DNA of 64,000 bases from positions 606,024-670,023 of the forward strand of contig CAYPAV010000001.1 in the NCBI GenBank assembly GCA_964408805.1, read 5' to 3'. This DNA comes from an uncultured Rhodospirillaceae bacterium. GTDB lineage: Bacteria; Pseudomonadota; Alphaproteobacteria; UBA8366. The translations under genes were made by a program, and so were the position numbers. Under the pieces are notes generated by a model. It was given only the letters and a program-made list of their open reading frames with translations. It was not told the DNA's origin and did not search any database. Below, in pieces: positions 54,019 to 63,222 of the stretch; position 1 is the stretch's first letter, and each line of letters opens with the position of its first letter.

Positions 54019-54588
54019 ATGGACGTAGCGGAATTGGTCGCTCGGTTTTCGGCGGCGACGGCGGCGCCCGAGGAGGAAGCCTCCTACAAGGCGGCGGTCG
54101 CGGTGATGAACGAACTGAAAGACGATCTCGATGGCGTGGCGGGCGCACTCTCCTACCTGACGGGATCGGGCGGCAATGCGCTGCAGGCCTTCTACAGGGC
54201 GCCGAAGCTCAGCCTGCTCAAGGTCAGGTTTCCCAACGGCCGCCGCACGCCGCCGCACGATCACGGCACCTGGGCGGCGATCCTCGTCTTGAAGGGATCG
54301 GAAAAAAACACCGTCTACAAGCGAAACGATGACGGATCGCTGACCTATGAGCGCTCGGTCGATTTGGGCCAGGGCGACATCGTTTTCATGCCGTCGGGTG
54401 CCGTGCACGTGGCCGAATGCACCAGCGATGACGCCGCCATCGGCCTGCACGTATACGGCGGCAACGTGCTCGGCCTCGAACGCCACATGTGGGACCCGGA
54501 TACGCTGGCGGAACACACGCTCGACTGGTCAAAATACGAAGGGCTGGCGCAACGCGCCTCGGCCGCCAGCGCGGCGCCGCTGACCTAA
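54019..54588 (+). CDS. 3-His cupin, cysteine-dioxygenase-type (double-stranded beta-helix metalloenzyme)
   Basis: Internal ATG at 54019 of ORF 53941..54588, preceded by GAAGGAGA. The metal ligand pattern is PPHDH...GAVHV. Confidence 0.65.
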   Translation: MDVAELVARFSAATAAPEEEASYKAAVAVMNELKDDLDGVAGALSYLTGSGGNALQAFYRAPKLSLLKVRFPNGRRTPPHDHGTWAAILVLKGSEKNTVYKRNDDGSLTYERSVDLGQGDIVFMPSGAVHVAECTSDDAAIGLHVYGGNVLGLERHMWDPDTLAEHTLDWSKYEGLAQRASAASAAPLT

Positions 54589-54620
54589 TAGCGGAGTCGC
54601 CGAGAGCGAGACCGAACGGA

Positions 54621-55763
54621 ATGGATTTCGAACTGTCGGAAGAACAACGGCTGGCGGTCGATGGCTGGCGCGGTGTCCTCGAACGGGAGTTTCGCCCGGT
54701 CATCACCGAGTATCTGGATGGGTCGATCCCCAAGGACGTGACCCACCGATTGCTGCGGATCGGCGCCGAATACGGCATGTGTTGCGCAGAGGTGCCGGAG
54801 GCGGATGGCGGTCTCGGTCTCGATATTCTGACCAGCGGTCTCATTAGCGAGGAATTGTCTCGCGTCTCCCCCGATCTCGCCGGGACCGGTTTCCTGACCC
54901 AGGGTGTTGCGTTGAAGATCGCGCGGGGCGGCTCGCCCGAATTGAAGGCGCGCTACCTGCCGGGGCTGCTCTCGGGCGACTTGATCGGCAGTTCGGCCGT
55001 TACGGAGCCGGACGCGGGATCGCATGTTCGCGGCATCAAGACGCGGGCGGTGCGCGACGGCGAAAATTATCGCCTGACCGGCGAGAAGATGTTCAGCTCG
55101 AACATCACCGTCTCCGACCTCGCCCTCATTCTCGCCCGCACGGGCGAGGACGAATTCACGGTCTTCCTGGTCGATCGCGAGGAACACGGCTACGAGACCC
55201 GCGCAATCTCCACGCTGGGCCTCAGCGGCTGGTCCATGGGGCAGGTCGTCCTGGACGACGTCGTGGTGCCGGCGGCAAACGCCATCGGCGGGATCGGCGG
55301 GGGCCTCCGCGAGACCATGAATGGTTTCGAGCGCTCGCGCTGTTTCGTCTCGACGCTGTCACTCGGCATTTCCCAGGCCGCCCTCGACGACAGCATCTCC
55401 TATGCCAAGCAACGCACCAGCTTCGGCAAACCGATCGGCGCCCACCAACTGATCCAGGGATTGATTGCGGAGATGGCGACCGAACTCGACGCGGCGCGTC
55501 TCCTGGTCTATCGCGGCCTCAAGCTGCTGAATTCCGAACACCCCAGCCCGGTCGAGACCAGTATGTGCAAATACTTCGCGACGGAAGCCGCGACGCGTAT
55601 CACGTCGAAGGCGATCCAAGTGCACGGGGCTTTCGGCATCACCAAGGAGTTCCCGGTCGAACGGCACTTCCGGAACGCCCGCATGCTCACCATCCCCGAT
55701 GGCACGACGCAGATCAATCAGCTGATCATCGCGCGAAATCTGCTTGGGCTTTCGGCGTTTTAG
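54621..55763 (+). CDS. Acyl-CoA dehydrogenase superfamily protein (atypical catalytic-base position)
   Basis: Internal ATG at 54621 of ORF 54489..55763. The product is 380 aa, with N-terminus MDFELSEEQ and a typical ACAD pattern. The usual C-terminal IYEGT motif reads IPDGT, with the Asp codon at 55698-55700. Confidence 0.85.
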   Translation: MDFELSEEQRLAVDGWRGVLEREFRPVITEYLDGSIPKDVTHRLLRIGAEYGMCCAEVPEADGGLGLDILTSGLISEELSRVSPDLAGTGFLTQGVALKIARGGSPELKARYLPGLLSGDLIGSSAVTEPDAGSHVRGIKTRAVRDGENYRLTGEKMFSSNITVSDLALILARTGEDEFTVFLVDREEHGYETRAISTLGLSGWSMGQVVLDDVVVPAANAIGGIGGGLRETMNGFERSRCFVSTLSLGISQAALDDSISYAKQRTSFGKPIGAHQLIQGLIAEMATELDAARLLVYRGLKLLNSEHPSPVETSMCKYFATEAATRITSKAIQVHGAFGITKEFPVERHFRNARMLTIPDGTTQINQLIIARNLLGLSAF

Positions 55764-57541
55764 TCCTCGGCCAGTCCGGCCGTGCGCAGGCCGTCCATAT
55801 AATGTTTCTCGTCATCCGCGCGTTTGAAGGAGAACGCGGCTCGAACGGCTGCGACAGAGGCATTCGGCCGGATCGCGTTTATCCGCGTGACCATCTCCCG
55901 CGCCGCATCGATTTGTCCAAGGAGTGCGAGGGCGGTCGCCGCCTCGACGAATGCCAGCCATAGATCACCGCCCGATAGTCGGATTGCCTTCCGGCTCAAC
56001 GCCACCGCCTGTTCGTAGCGATGCGCGTTGATGCAGGAATTCGCATAGCGGCTTAAGTACAGCGCCATTTGGGAATCGCGGGGGCTCAACCGGATCGCGG
56101 TTTGGTGATGTTCGAGCGCTTCTTCGGCAAAGCCCGAGGTGCCCATCGCCAAGCCAAGGGTTGAGTGGGCGAAGGCGTGGCTGGGACCAAGCTCGATCGC
56201 GGTTTCGAGCGCCGACAGCGCCTCGTCGGCGTCGCCGCTCTGCCACAACGCCAAACCGAGAACGGCGTGGCCTTCAACATCTTCCTTGTCGAGGGCGACA
56301 GCGCGCATCGCTGCTTGCGTCAGCAAGTCCCGTACCGCCTCCCGGTCGTCGACATAATTTAGCAGGAGCTGGCGCTGATAGGCATAGGCGAGCGTGCTGT
56401 GGGCTTGCGCGATGGCCGGGTCGGATTCAATCGCGCGCAGGGACAAAGTCACCGCTTCCGCAACCGCTTCCTTCGTGTAGGTATACAACTTGGCGCGGCT
56501 GCGTAGAAGAAGGTCCCAAGCGTCCAGATTTTCCGGTCTCTTGGCCTTGGCGCGTTCGCGTTCGGCCCTTGCGATTTCAGGTTCGATCGCACCGAGGACG
56601 GTTTCGGTAATTTCGTCTTGCAAAGCGAATATATCCCGCAGATCCCGGTCGTATCTCTCCGCCCAGAGATGATTCCCGTTCAGGCCGTCGATAAGCTGGG
56701 CGGAAATTCGCACGTGGTCACCCGCCTTGCGGACGCTGCCTTCGAGCACGTAACGAACACCAAGTTCCTTGGCCACCTCTTGCACGTCGGTCGCTTGTCC
56801 CTTGAACGTAAACGCGGAACTGCGTGCGGTCACGAAGCACCATCGAATGCGGGAGAACGCCGTGATGATGTCCTCCGTGATACCGTCCGCGAAATAGTCC
56901 TGGTCTGGGTCGCCCGACATATTCTCGAAAGGCAACACGGCGATGGAGGGTTTGTCCGGGAGGGTCAATGCGGGCGATGCATCGGCCTCGGTATCCGCGT
57001 CCGGGCCGACAATTCGATAGACCCTTACCGGCGTGTCGATGTTCTTCAATGTCTGTTCGCCAAGATCCGCAAACCCGATCGGCAGGCGCCGATGGACCTG
57101 TTCATGAATGCTCGCCGACACGAAGATGCCGCCCGTCTCCGCCAAGGCCTCGATGCGCGCCGCGATATTGACGCCATCGCCGTAGATGTCCTCGTCGTCC
57201 CAAAGGATGTCGCCCAAATTGATGCCCATTCGAAATTGCACGCGCCTTTCCTCGGGCACGTCGGCGACGCGGGAGGCGATCTCGGACTGTATGGCGATGG
57301 CCGCGGAGACGGCATCGGTCGCGGAGGCGAACTCGGCCAGGAACCCGTCACCCGTCAGCTTGACCACCCGGCCACCATGCTTGTCGACCACGGGATCGAT
57401 GACATCGCGGCGATAGGACCACCACGCGGCCATCGTCCCTTCCTCGTCGAGACGCATCAGGCGCGAATATCCCGCCACGTCGGCGGCAAGTATCGCGGCT
57501 AACCGTCGTTGGACTCGATCATTCCTCATCAATCGGAACAT
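55760..57541 (-). CDS. Class III adenylate/guanylate cyclase with C-terminal TolB-like/TPR region
   Basis: 593 aa. The cyclase domain has LAAILAADVAGYSRLM...KLTGDGFLAEF. The C-terminal half is TPR-like. Confidence 0.85.
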   Translation of the reverse strand: MFRLMRNDRVQRRLAAILAADVAGYSRLMRLDEEGTMAAWWSYRRDVIDPVVDKHGGRVVKLTGDGFLAEFASATDAVSAAIAIQSEIASRVADVPEERRVQFRMGINLGDILWDDEDIYGDGVNIAARIEALAETGGIFVSASIHEQVHRRLPIGFADLGEQTLKNIDTPVRVYRIVGPDADTEADASPALTLPDKPSIAVLPFENMSGDPDQDYFADGITEDIITAFSRIRWCFVTARSSAFTFKGQATDVQEVAKELGVRYVLEGSVRKAGDHVRISAQLIDGLNGNHLWAERYDRDLRDIFALQDEITETVLGAIEPEIARAERERAKAKRPENLDAWDLLLRSRAKLYTYTKEAVAEAVTLSLRAIESDPAIAQAHSTLAYAYQRQLLLNYVDDREAVRDLLTQAAMRAVALDKEDVEGHAVLGLALWQSGDADEALSALETAIELGPSHAFAHSTLGLAMGTSGFAEEALEHHQTAIRLSPRDSQMALYLSRYANSCINAHRYEQAVALSRKAIRLSGGDLWLAFVEAATALALLGQIDAAREMVTRINAIRPNASVAAVRAAFSFKRADDEKHYMDGLRTAGLAED

Positions 57542-57661
57542 CCGCCATGCAAAGTCGCGATATCATATGCGAAAGGCGTGCTGGAAAAAACGATGCCGCC
57601 AGCAATATGAGAAAGAACGGTTTTACCGACCGACATTCACGCGACAACAAGGACAATCTCC

Positions 57662-58819
57662 ATGATCAAGTATATTTCCTCGCTCTTCGCCGGCCATGTC
57701 GATCTGGGCGATATGGGCGAACACGAGACCCCGGCGAACGAGCGCCGCTACTCGAAGGATCATTTGGCGAGCGTTTTCGAGAAATCGGAGGCGCTGGCGC
57801 TGACCATGGAGGATCTCGGCTATGACACGCTGTGGTTCGCGGAGCACCATTTCCAGCATGAGGGATATGAGTGCATTCCGAACATCCTGCTGCTGGGTCT
57901 GCATCTGTCGCATTTGACCAAGAAATTGAACTTCGGTTGCGGGTTCAACATCACGCCGATGTGGCATCCGCTGCGCCTGGCCGAGGATTTCGCGACGGTC
58001 GATCACCTGACCAAAGGCCGGATCAAGTTCGGCGTCGGGCGCGGCTACCACACGCGCGAGGTCGAATCGCTGGGCGGGCCGATGATGGACAAGGACGCCA
58101 ACCGCGAAATCTTCGAGGAACAGGTCGAAATACTGTTCAAGGCATTCAACGAGGATTCCTTCTCCCACAAAGGCAAGCACTATACGCTCCCGCCGCCCGT
58201 CCCCTATCGCGGCTATCAGATGGAGGAACTAACCCTGGTGCCGCGGCCGTTCAACCTGCCGGTGGAATGCTGGCAGCCGGTCGTCAGCGCCACCGACCGC
58301 GGTCTCGATTTCATGATGAAGCACGGCATCAAGGGGATCGTCGGCGGCGGCTCGGCTCTGATGATGAAAAATTCGGTTCACGCATTTCAAGCCGCCCACG
58401 AACGCGCCGGCATTGACGCACCTCTCGGCACGAATTTGGGCATGGGGCTTTCTTTCCACCTTGCGCCGACACATGAGCAAGCCGTGCGCGAAGCGACACC
58501 CTACTACGAAGAGCATGTCAAAATGTTTGCCCCCCTCGGCTTCCTCGGACGCTTGGAGAAGGAACAACATCTTGCCTTGATGGAACGGGGCGGCGTCACC
58601 AAGGCCGGCGTGCCGACTCTCGAGGACAATTGCAAGGCCGGGTCCTGGTATTGCGGACCGCCCGAGGGCTTCGTCGAATTCCTGCAGAAGGTCGCGGAGG
58701 ATTATCCGGGCCTCGAATATATCAACGTCCAGTCGAGCATGGGCACGCCCCAGGCGATCATGATCGAACAGCTCCAGCAGTTTGGCGAGGAGGTCATGCC
58801 GAAGGTGCGTTCGGCGTAA
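57662..58819 (+). CDS. LLM-class (luciferase-like) flavin-dependent oxidoreductase
   Basis: 385 aa. The pattern YDTLWFAEHHF...GRIKFGVGRGY is typical of luciferase-like monooxygenases. Confidence 0.8.
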   Translation: MIKYISSLFAGHVDLGDMGEHETPANERRYSKDHLASVFEKSEALALTMEDLGYDTLWFAEHHFQHEGYECIPNILLLGLHLSHLTKKLNFGCGFNITPMWHPLRLAEDFATVDHLTKGRIKFGVGRGYHTREVESLGGPMMDKDANREIFEEQVEILFKAFNEDSFSHKGKHYTLPPPVPYRGYQMEELTLVPRPFNLPVECWQPVVSATDRGLDFMMKHGIKGIVGGGSALMMKNSVHAFQAAHERAGIDAPLGTNLGMGLSFHLAPTHEQAVREATPYYEEHVKMFAPLGFLGRLEKEQHLALMERGGVTKAGVPTLEDNCKAGSWYCGPPEGFVEFLQKVAEDYPGLEYINVQSSMGTPQAIMIEQLQQFGEEVMPKVRSA

Positions 58820-58847
58820 ACCGTGTGATAATCGCGGTCGAACCGCT

Positions 58848-59948
58848 CTAAGCCGCGACTTCCTTCGCGGGCGCGTTGGCGAATTTCTTTTGGGCGCCTT
58901 CCAGGCTTTTCAGCAGTTCCTTGCCGATGCTGCCGCCGCTGCCCTTGATCTGGCCGCGGATCACGGCGGTGACGCCGTCGATATGGGCTTTCACGAATTC
59001 GAACAGGTTTTCGCTCGGCTTGGCACCGGCGCCGGTACAGTTGAACAGCGACTTGCCGAACTCGGAGATTAGCGGATAGCCGAAGACGCCGCCCTGGCCG
59101 CGCAATTCATGCGCGACGATGTTGATGCGTTCCAGCGCCTCGGTCATGTTCTCCTCGGACTGTCCGAAGGCGGCTTCCATGTCCTTGTGGGCTTGGACGA
59201 GCTCGGTAATCGATTCCTCGACCCAATCCGAATAATCATCCGCCATCTCCGAGATTTGCTCTTGCGCCGCCTCCAGGATGTCCTTGTCGGCGAGGCCGCC
59301 GTCCGGCGAAAACTCGGTGTCGCCACCTTGAAGCTTCTCCTTCAGCCGATTGGGCATGCGGAACAGCCAGACCGGCGGCTTGTCCTTGCGGAACTTGCCT
59401 GGGTCCTTGCCGGAATAAATGATCTCGCAATCGGCATCGGTCAGCTTCCGCTGTTCTTCCTTGGCAAATCCCTTGGTGCGCCGTCGGTCGGGACCGAAAT
59501 AGGTCGGCGTGTACACGTATTGACGGGGGTTCTCGATCACCTTTTGGATTCGCGAGAGGACGGCACCCGGCGAAAACGGTTTGGCGATGAATTCGTTCAC
59601 ACCGACGTCGCGCGCCGTCGTCAGGCATTTCTTGTCGACGAGGCCACTAATCATGATGACCGGCACGAAACGATCGGATGACGATTCGTGCCGCCGAATC
59701 CAGCGCAGCAGCATATGCCCGTCGATTCCGGGCATGACCACGTCGGAGAGGACGAGATCAATCCCGCCCGCACCGGCTTCTTTCAAGGTGCCGGACCGAA
59801 TCTTGAGGATATCGATCGCCTCGCGGCCATCCTGCGCAAAGTAGTAGCTTTGGACGCCGAGCGAATCCATGCAGATGCGCATCACGCTGCGCATGAATTT
59901 GTTGTCCTCGACCAAAAGACAGGTCATTCGACTGAAATCGTAGCCCAT
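58848..59948 (-). CDS. Response-regulator receiver (REC) domain fused through a linker of about 130 aa to a C-terminal HPt-like domain
   Basis: 366 aa. The REC domain has E14-D15, the phospho-acceptor context LVLSD69VVMPGIDG, and K123 in IAKPF. The C-terminal VAH280ELRGQGGVFGY matches the HPt HxxKGxxxxxG motif. Confidence 0.75.
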   Translation of the reverse strand: MGYDFSRMTCLLVEDNKFMRSVMRICMDSLGVQSYYFAQDGREAIDILKIRSGTLKEAGAGGIDLVLSDVVMPGIDGHMLLRWIRRHESSSDRFVPVIMISGLVDKKCLTTARDVGVNEFIAKPFSPGAVLSRIQKVIENPRQYVYTPTYFGPDRRRTKGFAKEEQRKLTDADCEIIYSGKDPGKFRKDKPPVWLFRMPNRLKEKLQGGDTEFSPDGGLADKDILEAAQEQISEMADDYSDWVEESITELVQAHKDMEAAFGQSEENMTEALERINIVAHELRGQGGVFGYPLISEFGKSLFNCTGAGAKPSENLFEFVKAHIDGVTAVIRGQIKGSGGSIGKELLKSLEGAQKKFANAPAKEVAA

Positions 59949-60047
59949 GGCGTTCCAAGGTCCTGTTTTCCACGACGAAATCGTATGATGGTTTATAACA
60001 TATTAATTTCTAAATTATTAACATTTGCGCCGTCGCGGTACCCGGTC

Positions 60048-60293
60048 TCAAACCAAGATGTTGATATAAAACCCCGGCGGTACATCGACGCGCGGGGTGT
60101 TTTCGTCGGCCGCTAGAAGCTGGGTCAAGCGTTCGATGGCCGCGTCGATGTCGTAAGGGTCGCCGTTGGGCAGCCGCCGCCGGATCGTGGGCGGCAGGCT
60201 GACGATCCGGTCGCGTCCCTCGCGCGGCTGGGCGGGGGCAATCCCTCCCGGGCCGGCACCGCTTGGCGGAACGCTTGGTCCTTCCGATGGCAT
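60048..60293 (-). CDS. Hypothetical small protein (81 aa)
   Basis: Track ORF with strong third-position G+C bias across RIVSLPPTIRRRLPNGDPYDIDAAIERLTQLL. It is on the same strand as, and upstream of, the REC-HPt gene. I recognise no family. Confidence 0.4.
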   Translation of the reverse strand: MPSEGPSVPPSGAGPGGIAPAQPREGRDRIVSLPPTIRRRLPNGDPYDIDAAIERLTQLLAADENTPRVDVPPGFYINILV

Positions 60294-60405
60294 GGCGGAA
60301 TACTATCCGTGGAGGGCGACGGACGGCAACCGCTCTTTGGCCGCAAGTTGTTCCGCGACGCCCGAGCCTGTTAAATGCCCGCCTTCATTTCGGGAATTCG
60401 AACCC

Positions 60406-61245
60406 ATGGACTTGAATGTCGTCGGCGCCGTCATGACCTCGGCGCTTCTGCTCGCCGGTTGGAACGCGATGGTGAAGCGCGGTGGGGACGGATTGGTCGT
60501 TCAGGCTATGGTGGTCGGCGGCGGCAGCGTCATCGTATTGCCGTTCCTGCCCCTGGTCTCGATTCCGGCGGGCCCCGTCTGGGTGTTCCTGATCGGAAGC
60601 GCGCTCGTCCATGGGGTCTATTTCTGGGTACTGGCGGAGGTCTATCGCTTCGGCGAACTCAGTCTCGTTTTTCCGATCGCGCGTGGTGCGGCACCGATCG
60701 CGGTCGCGGTCGCGGCGGGTCAACTGCTCGGCGAAACACTGGGCGGCTGGCAGGTCGTGGGCCTGGGATCTATCTGTTGCGGCCTTTTTCTTCTGGCCTG
60801 GAGTGCCCGTGCGGGCGGCGGCGGCAAGGCCGTCGCGAGCGCGCTTTTCATCAGCGGCTGGATCGTCGCCTTTACCTTACTCGACGGGATCGGCGTGCGC
60901 CGGGCCGAAGCCCCCCAGGACTATATCGCCTGGCTGATCCTGCTCGAGGGTCCGCCGATCCTCCTGATCGCCTGGTGGCGGCGGGGGCTCGATTTTCCTC
61001 GTCTGGCGCGTCTCGAATGGTGCGCCGCCATCACTGGTGGGCTGATGTCGAACGGGTCCTACGGTCTGGCGCTTTGGGCCTTCTCCCAAGCGGCGCTGGC
61101 CCCGGTGATGGCGCTCCGCGAGACCTCGGTGATCTTCGCGGCGTTGATCGGCGCCCTCGTCTTCGGCGAGGCCTTTGGCACCTGGCGCATTATCGCCGCC
61201 GTTGCGGTCGCCGTCGGCGCCGTGTTGTTGAATGTCGGCCTCTGA
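60406..61245 (+). CDS. EamA/DMT-family transporter
   Basis: Internal ATG at 60406 of ORF 60166..61245. The 279-aa product has about ten hydrophobic helices in a duplicated pattern. Confidence 0.75.
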   Translation: MDLNVVGAVMTSALLLAGWNAMVKRGGDGLVVQAMVVGGGSVIVLPFLPLVSIPAGPVWVFLIGSALVHGVYFWVLAEVYRFGELSLVFPIARGAAPIAVAVAAGQLLGETLGGWQVVGLGSICCGLFLLAWSARAGGGGKAVASALFISGWIVAFTLLDGIGVRRAEAPQDYIAWLILLEGPPILLIAWWRRGLDFPRLARLEWCAAITGGLMSNGSYGLALWAFSQAALAPVMALRETSVIFAALIGALVFGEAFGTWRIIAAVAVAVGAVLLNVGL

Positions 61246-61289
61246 ACGGGCCTTCCCGGCGGCCGGCCGGAAGGCTATAACCCATCGTC

Positions 61290-61868
61290 ATGCAAACTAG
61301 CTCACCTCCCTGGCTGAAGGCGGTCGTCGATTACGTCCCGCTAGTCGTGTTCTTTGCCGCCTATTCGTGGGGCGGGCTGTTTGTGGCGACGGCGGCGTTG
61401 ATGGTGGCCGCCGTGCTGGCGGTGACGGTCTCGTTCGCGATCGAGCGGCGCCTCCCCCTCATGCCGATGGTCACGGCCGGGCTGGTCTTGGTTTTCGGCG
61501 GGCTGACGCTTCTGCTTGATGACGAACGCTTTATAAAAATAAAACCGACGATCGTGCAGTTGCTGTTCGCGTCGGTGATGTTCGGCGGGCTGATCCTGAA
61601 CCGGCCGGTCCTGAAGCCGATCTTCGGGGCGGCCTGGCAATTGGAGGATCGGGGCTGGCGGGTGCTGACGCTCCGCTTCGGCCTTTTTTTCGTCGCCGCG
61701 GCGGGTCTGAACGAACTGGTTTGGCGGACCCAGACGACCGATGTCTGGGTCAGCTTCAAGGTCTTCGGGCTGATCGGACTGACCTTCATGTTCGTGATGT
61801 GTCAGGTACCGCTGATCCAACGCTATCAAATTTCAAAACCGGTCGAGGAAGACGCCGGCCCGTCCTAG
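61290..61868 (+). CDS. yciB: Intracellular septation protein A (YciB/IspZ family)
   Basis: 192 aa with five helices. The pattern FIKIKPTIVQLLFA...W is typical of YciB. Confidence 0.8.
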   Translation: MQTSSPPWLKAVVDYVPLVVFFAAYSWGGLFVATAALMVAAVLAVTVSFAIERRLPLMPMVTAGLVLVFGGLTLLLDDERFIKIKPTIVQLLFASVMFGGLILNRPVLKPIFGAAWQLEDRGWRVLTLRFGLFFVAAAGLNELVWRTQTTDVWVSFKVFGLIGLTFMFVMCQVPLIQRYQISKPVEEDAGPS

Positions 61869-61887
61869 CGGCCTTTCGGTTCGTCCT

Positions 61888-63084
61888 TCAGGTGCCGCCT
61901 TCCAGGGCCGCGACACCTGGCAGCGTCCGGCCCTCCAGCCATTCGAGGAAGGCACCGCCCGCGGTCGAGACATAGGTAAATCCGTCGATCGCCCGGGCAC
62001 GGCCGAGTGCGGCAACCGTATCGCCGCCGCCGGCCACCGAAATCAGCCGGTCCGCTTGGGTCAACGCCGCCGCGTGCCGGGCGACCCGGTTGGTGCCCTC
62101 GTCGAAGGGGCTCACCTCGAAGGCGCCGAGCGGTCCGTTCCACAAAAGCGTGCGGCATCCCTCCAAATGTCGATTGAGGGCGGCGATCGAATCCGGCCCG
62201 ATATCCAGGATCATTCGCCCGGCCGGCACAGCGGCGATGGGAACGGTGGCCGACGCCGCGCCGGCTTCCAGGGCGTCGGCGATCACAACGTCGCTCGGCA
62301 GGACGATCTCGCAGCCGGCGCCGTCGGCCCGCGCCAAGATCTCGCGCGCCGTGTCGGCGAGATCGTGTTCGCAGAGACTGGCGCCGACATCGGTGCCGAG
62401 CGCATGGAGAAAGGTATTCGCCATGCCGCCGCCGATTACCAGCGAGTCGACCTTTTCAATCAAATGGCCCAACACCGCGAGCTTGCTCGATACCTTGGCC
62501 CCACCGACAAGGGCCGCAACCGGTTTCAACGGATCATCGAGGGCCGCCGTCAGCGCTTCCAGCTCCGCCTGCATGCCGCGTCCCGCATGGGCCGGCAGCC
62601 GGCGCGCCAGACCCTCGGTCGAGGCATGCGCCCGGTGCGACACCGAGAAGGCGTCGTTGACATAGCAATCGCCGAGTTCGGCAAGCGCCGCGGCGAAATC
62701 CGGCTCATTCGCCTCCTCGCCGGCATGGAAGCGGAGATTTTCGAGCAGCGCGAGCTCGCCCGGCGCCAGCCCATCGATCGCCTGGCCGGCGGCCTCGCCG
62801 ATGCAATCTTCTGCAAAGACGACCGGCCTGTCGCCGAGCGCCGCCGAGAGTGCATCGACAACGGGCCGAAGCGACATCTCGGGGTCGGGTTGTCCCTTTG
62901 GCCGGCCGAAATGCGAAATGACGGCGACGCGGGCTCCCTTCTCCAGAAGCTCCAGCAAGGTGGGGGCCAATCGATCGATGCGCGTTCGGTCCGATACCGC
63001 GCCGTCCCGCATCGGAACATTGAGATCGCCGCGCACGATCACGCGCCGTCCCGCCACATCCAGATCGTCCAGGGTCTTGAACAT
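61888..63084 (-). CDS. pgk: Phosphoglycerate kinase
   Basis: 398 aa. The N-terminus [21 protein letters not shown] and later blocks are canonical. Confidence 0.97.
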   Translation of the reverse strand: MFKTLDDLDVAGRRVIVRGDLNVPMRDGAVSDRTRIDRLAPTLLELLEKGARVAVISHFGRPKGQPDPEMSLRPVVDALSAALGDRPVVFAEDCIGEAAGQAIDGLAPGELALLENLRFHAGEEANEPDFAAALAELGDCYVNDAFSVSHRAHASTEGLARRLPAHAGRGMQAELEALTAALDDPLKPVAALVGGAKVSSKLAVLGHLIEKVDSLVIGGGMANTFLHALGTDVGASLCEHDLADTAREILARADGAGCEIVLPSDVVIADALEAGAASATVPIAAVPAGRMILDIGPDSIAALNRHLEGCRTLLWNGPLGAFEVSPFDEGTNRVARHAAALTQADRLISVAGGGDTVAALGRARAIDGFTYVSTAGGAFLEWLEGRTLPGVAALEGGT

Positions 63085-63156
63085 GCGATCTCCTCGCTTC
63101 GTCGCAACCGACTACCTGATTCGCTTCGTCGGAGCAACGCACTGCATGGCGAAGGC

Positions 63157-63189
63157 AAAAAAAAGGCGGCGAGGGCCAGCCTCGCCGCG
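63157..63189 (-). terminator. Rho-independent terminator downstream of the glycine-zipper lipoprotein gene
   Basis: On the minus strand GCGGCGAGG-CTGGC-CCTCGCCGC is followed by a T8 tract (plus-strand A-run 63157-63164). Confidence 0.75.
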
Positions 63190-63222
63190 AGTCTTGGGGG
63201 GGGAGGGGAGGAAAAATTCGGT

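Noticed and set aside
59975-60047. Possible CtrA box (TTAA-N7-TTAA) in the AT-rich promoter.
   Set aside because: The TTAA half-sites are present, but their starts are 15 nt apart rather than the 11 nt required.
60166-60405. N-terminal 80-codon extension of the EamA transporter ORF.
   Set aside because: The extension is Arg/Gly/Pro-rich and overlaps the better-supported minus-strand small ORF 60048-60293. The hydrophobic transporter sequence begins at the ATG at 60406.
61246-61289. GC hairpin (GCCTTCC...GGAAGGC) after the EamA transporter gene, considered as a terminator.
   Set aside because: A 7-bp stem with a 12-nt loop and no T-tract on either side is not a convincing intrinsic terminator.
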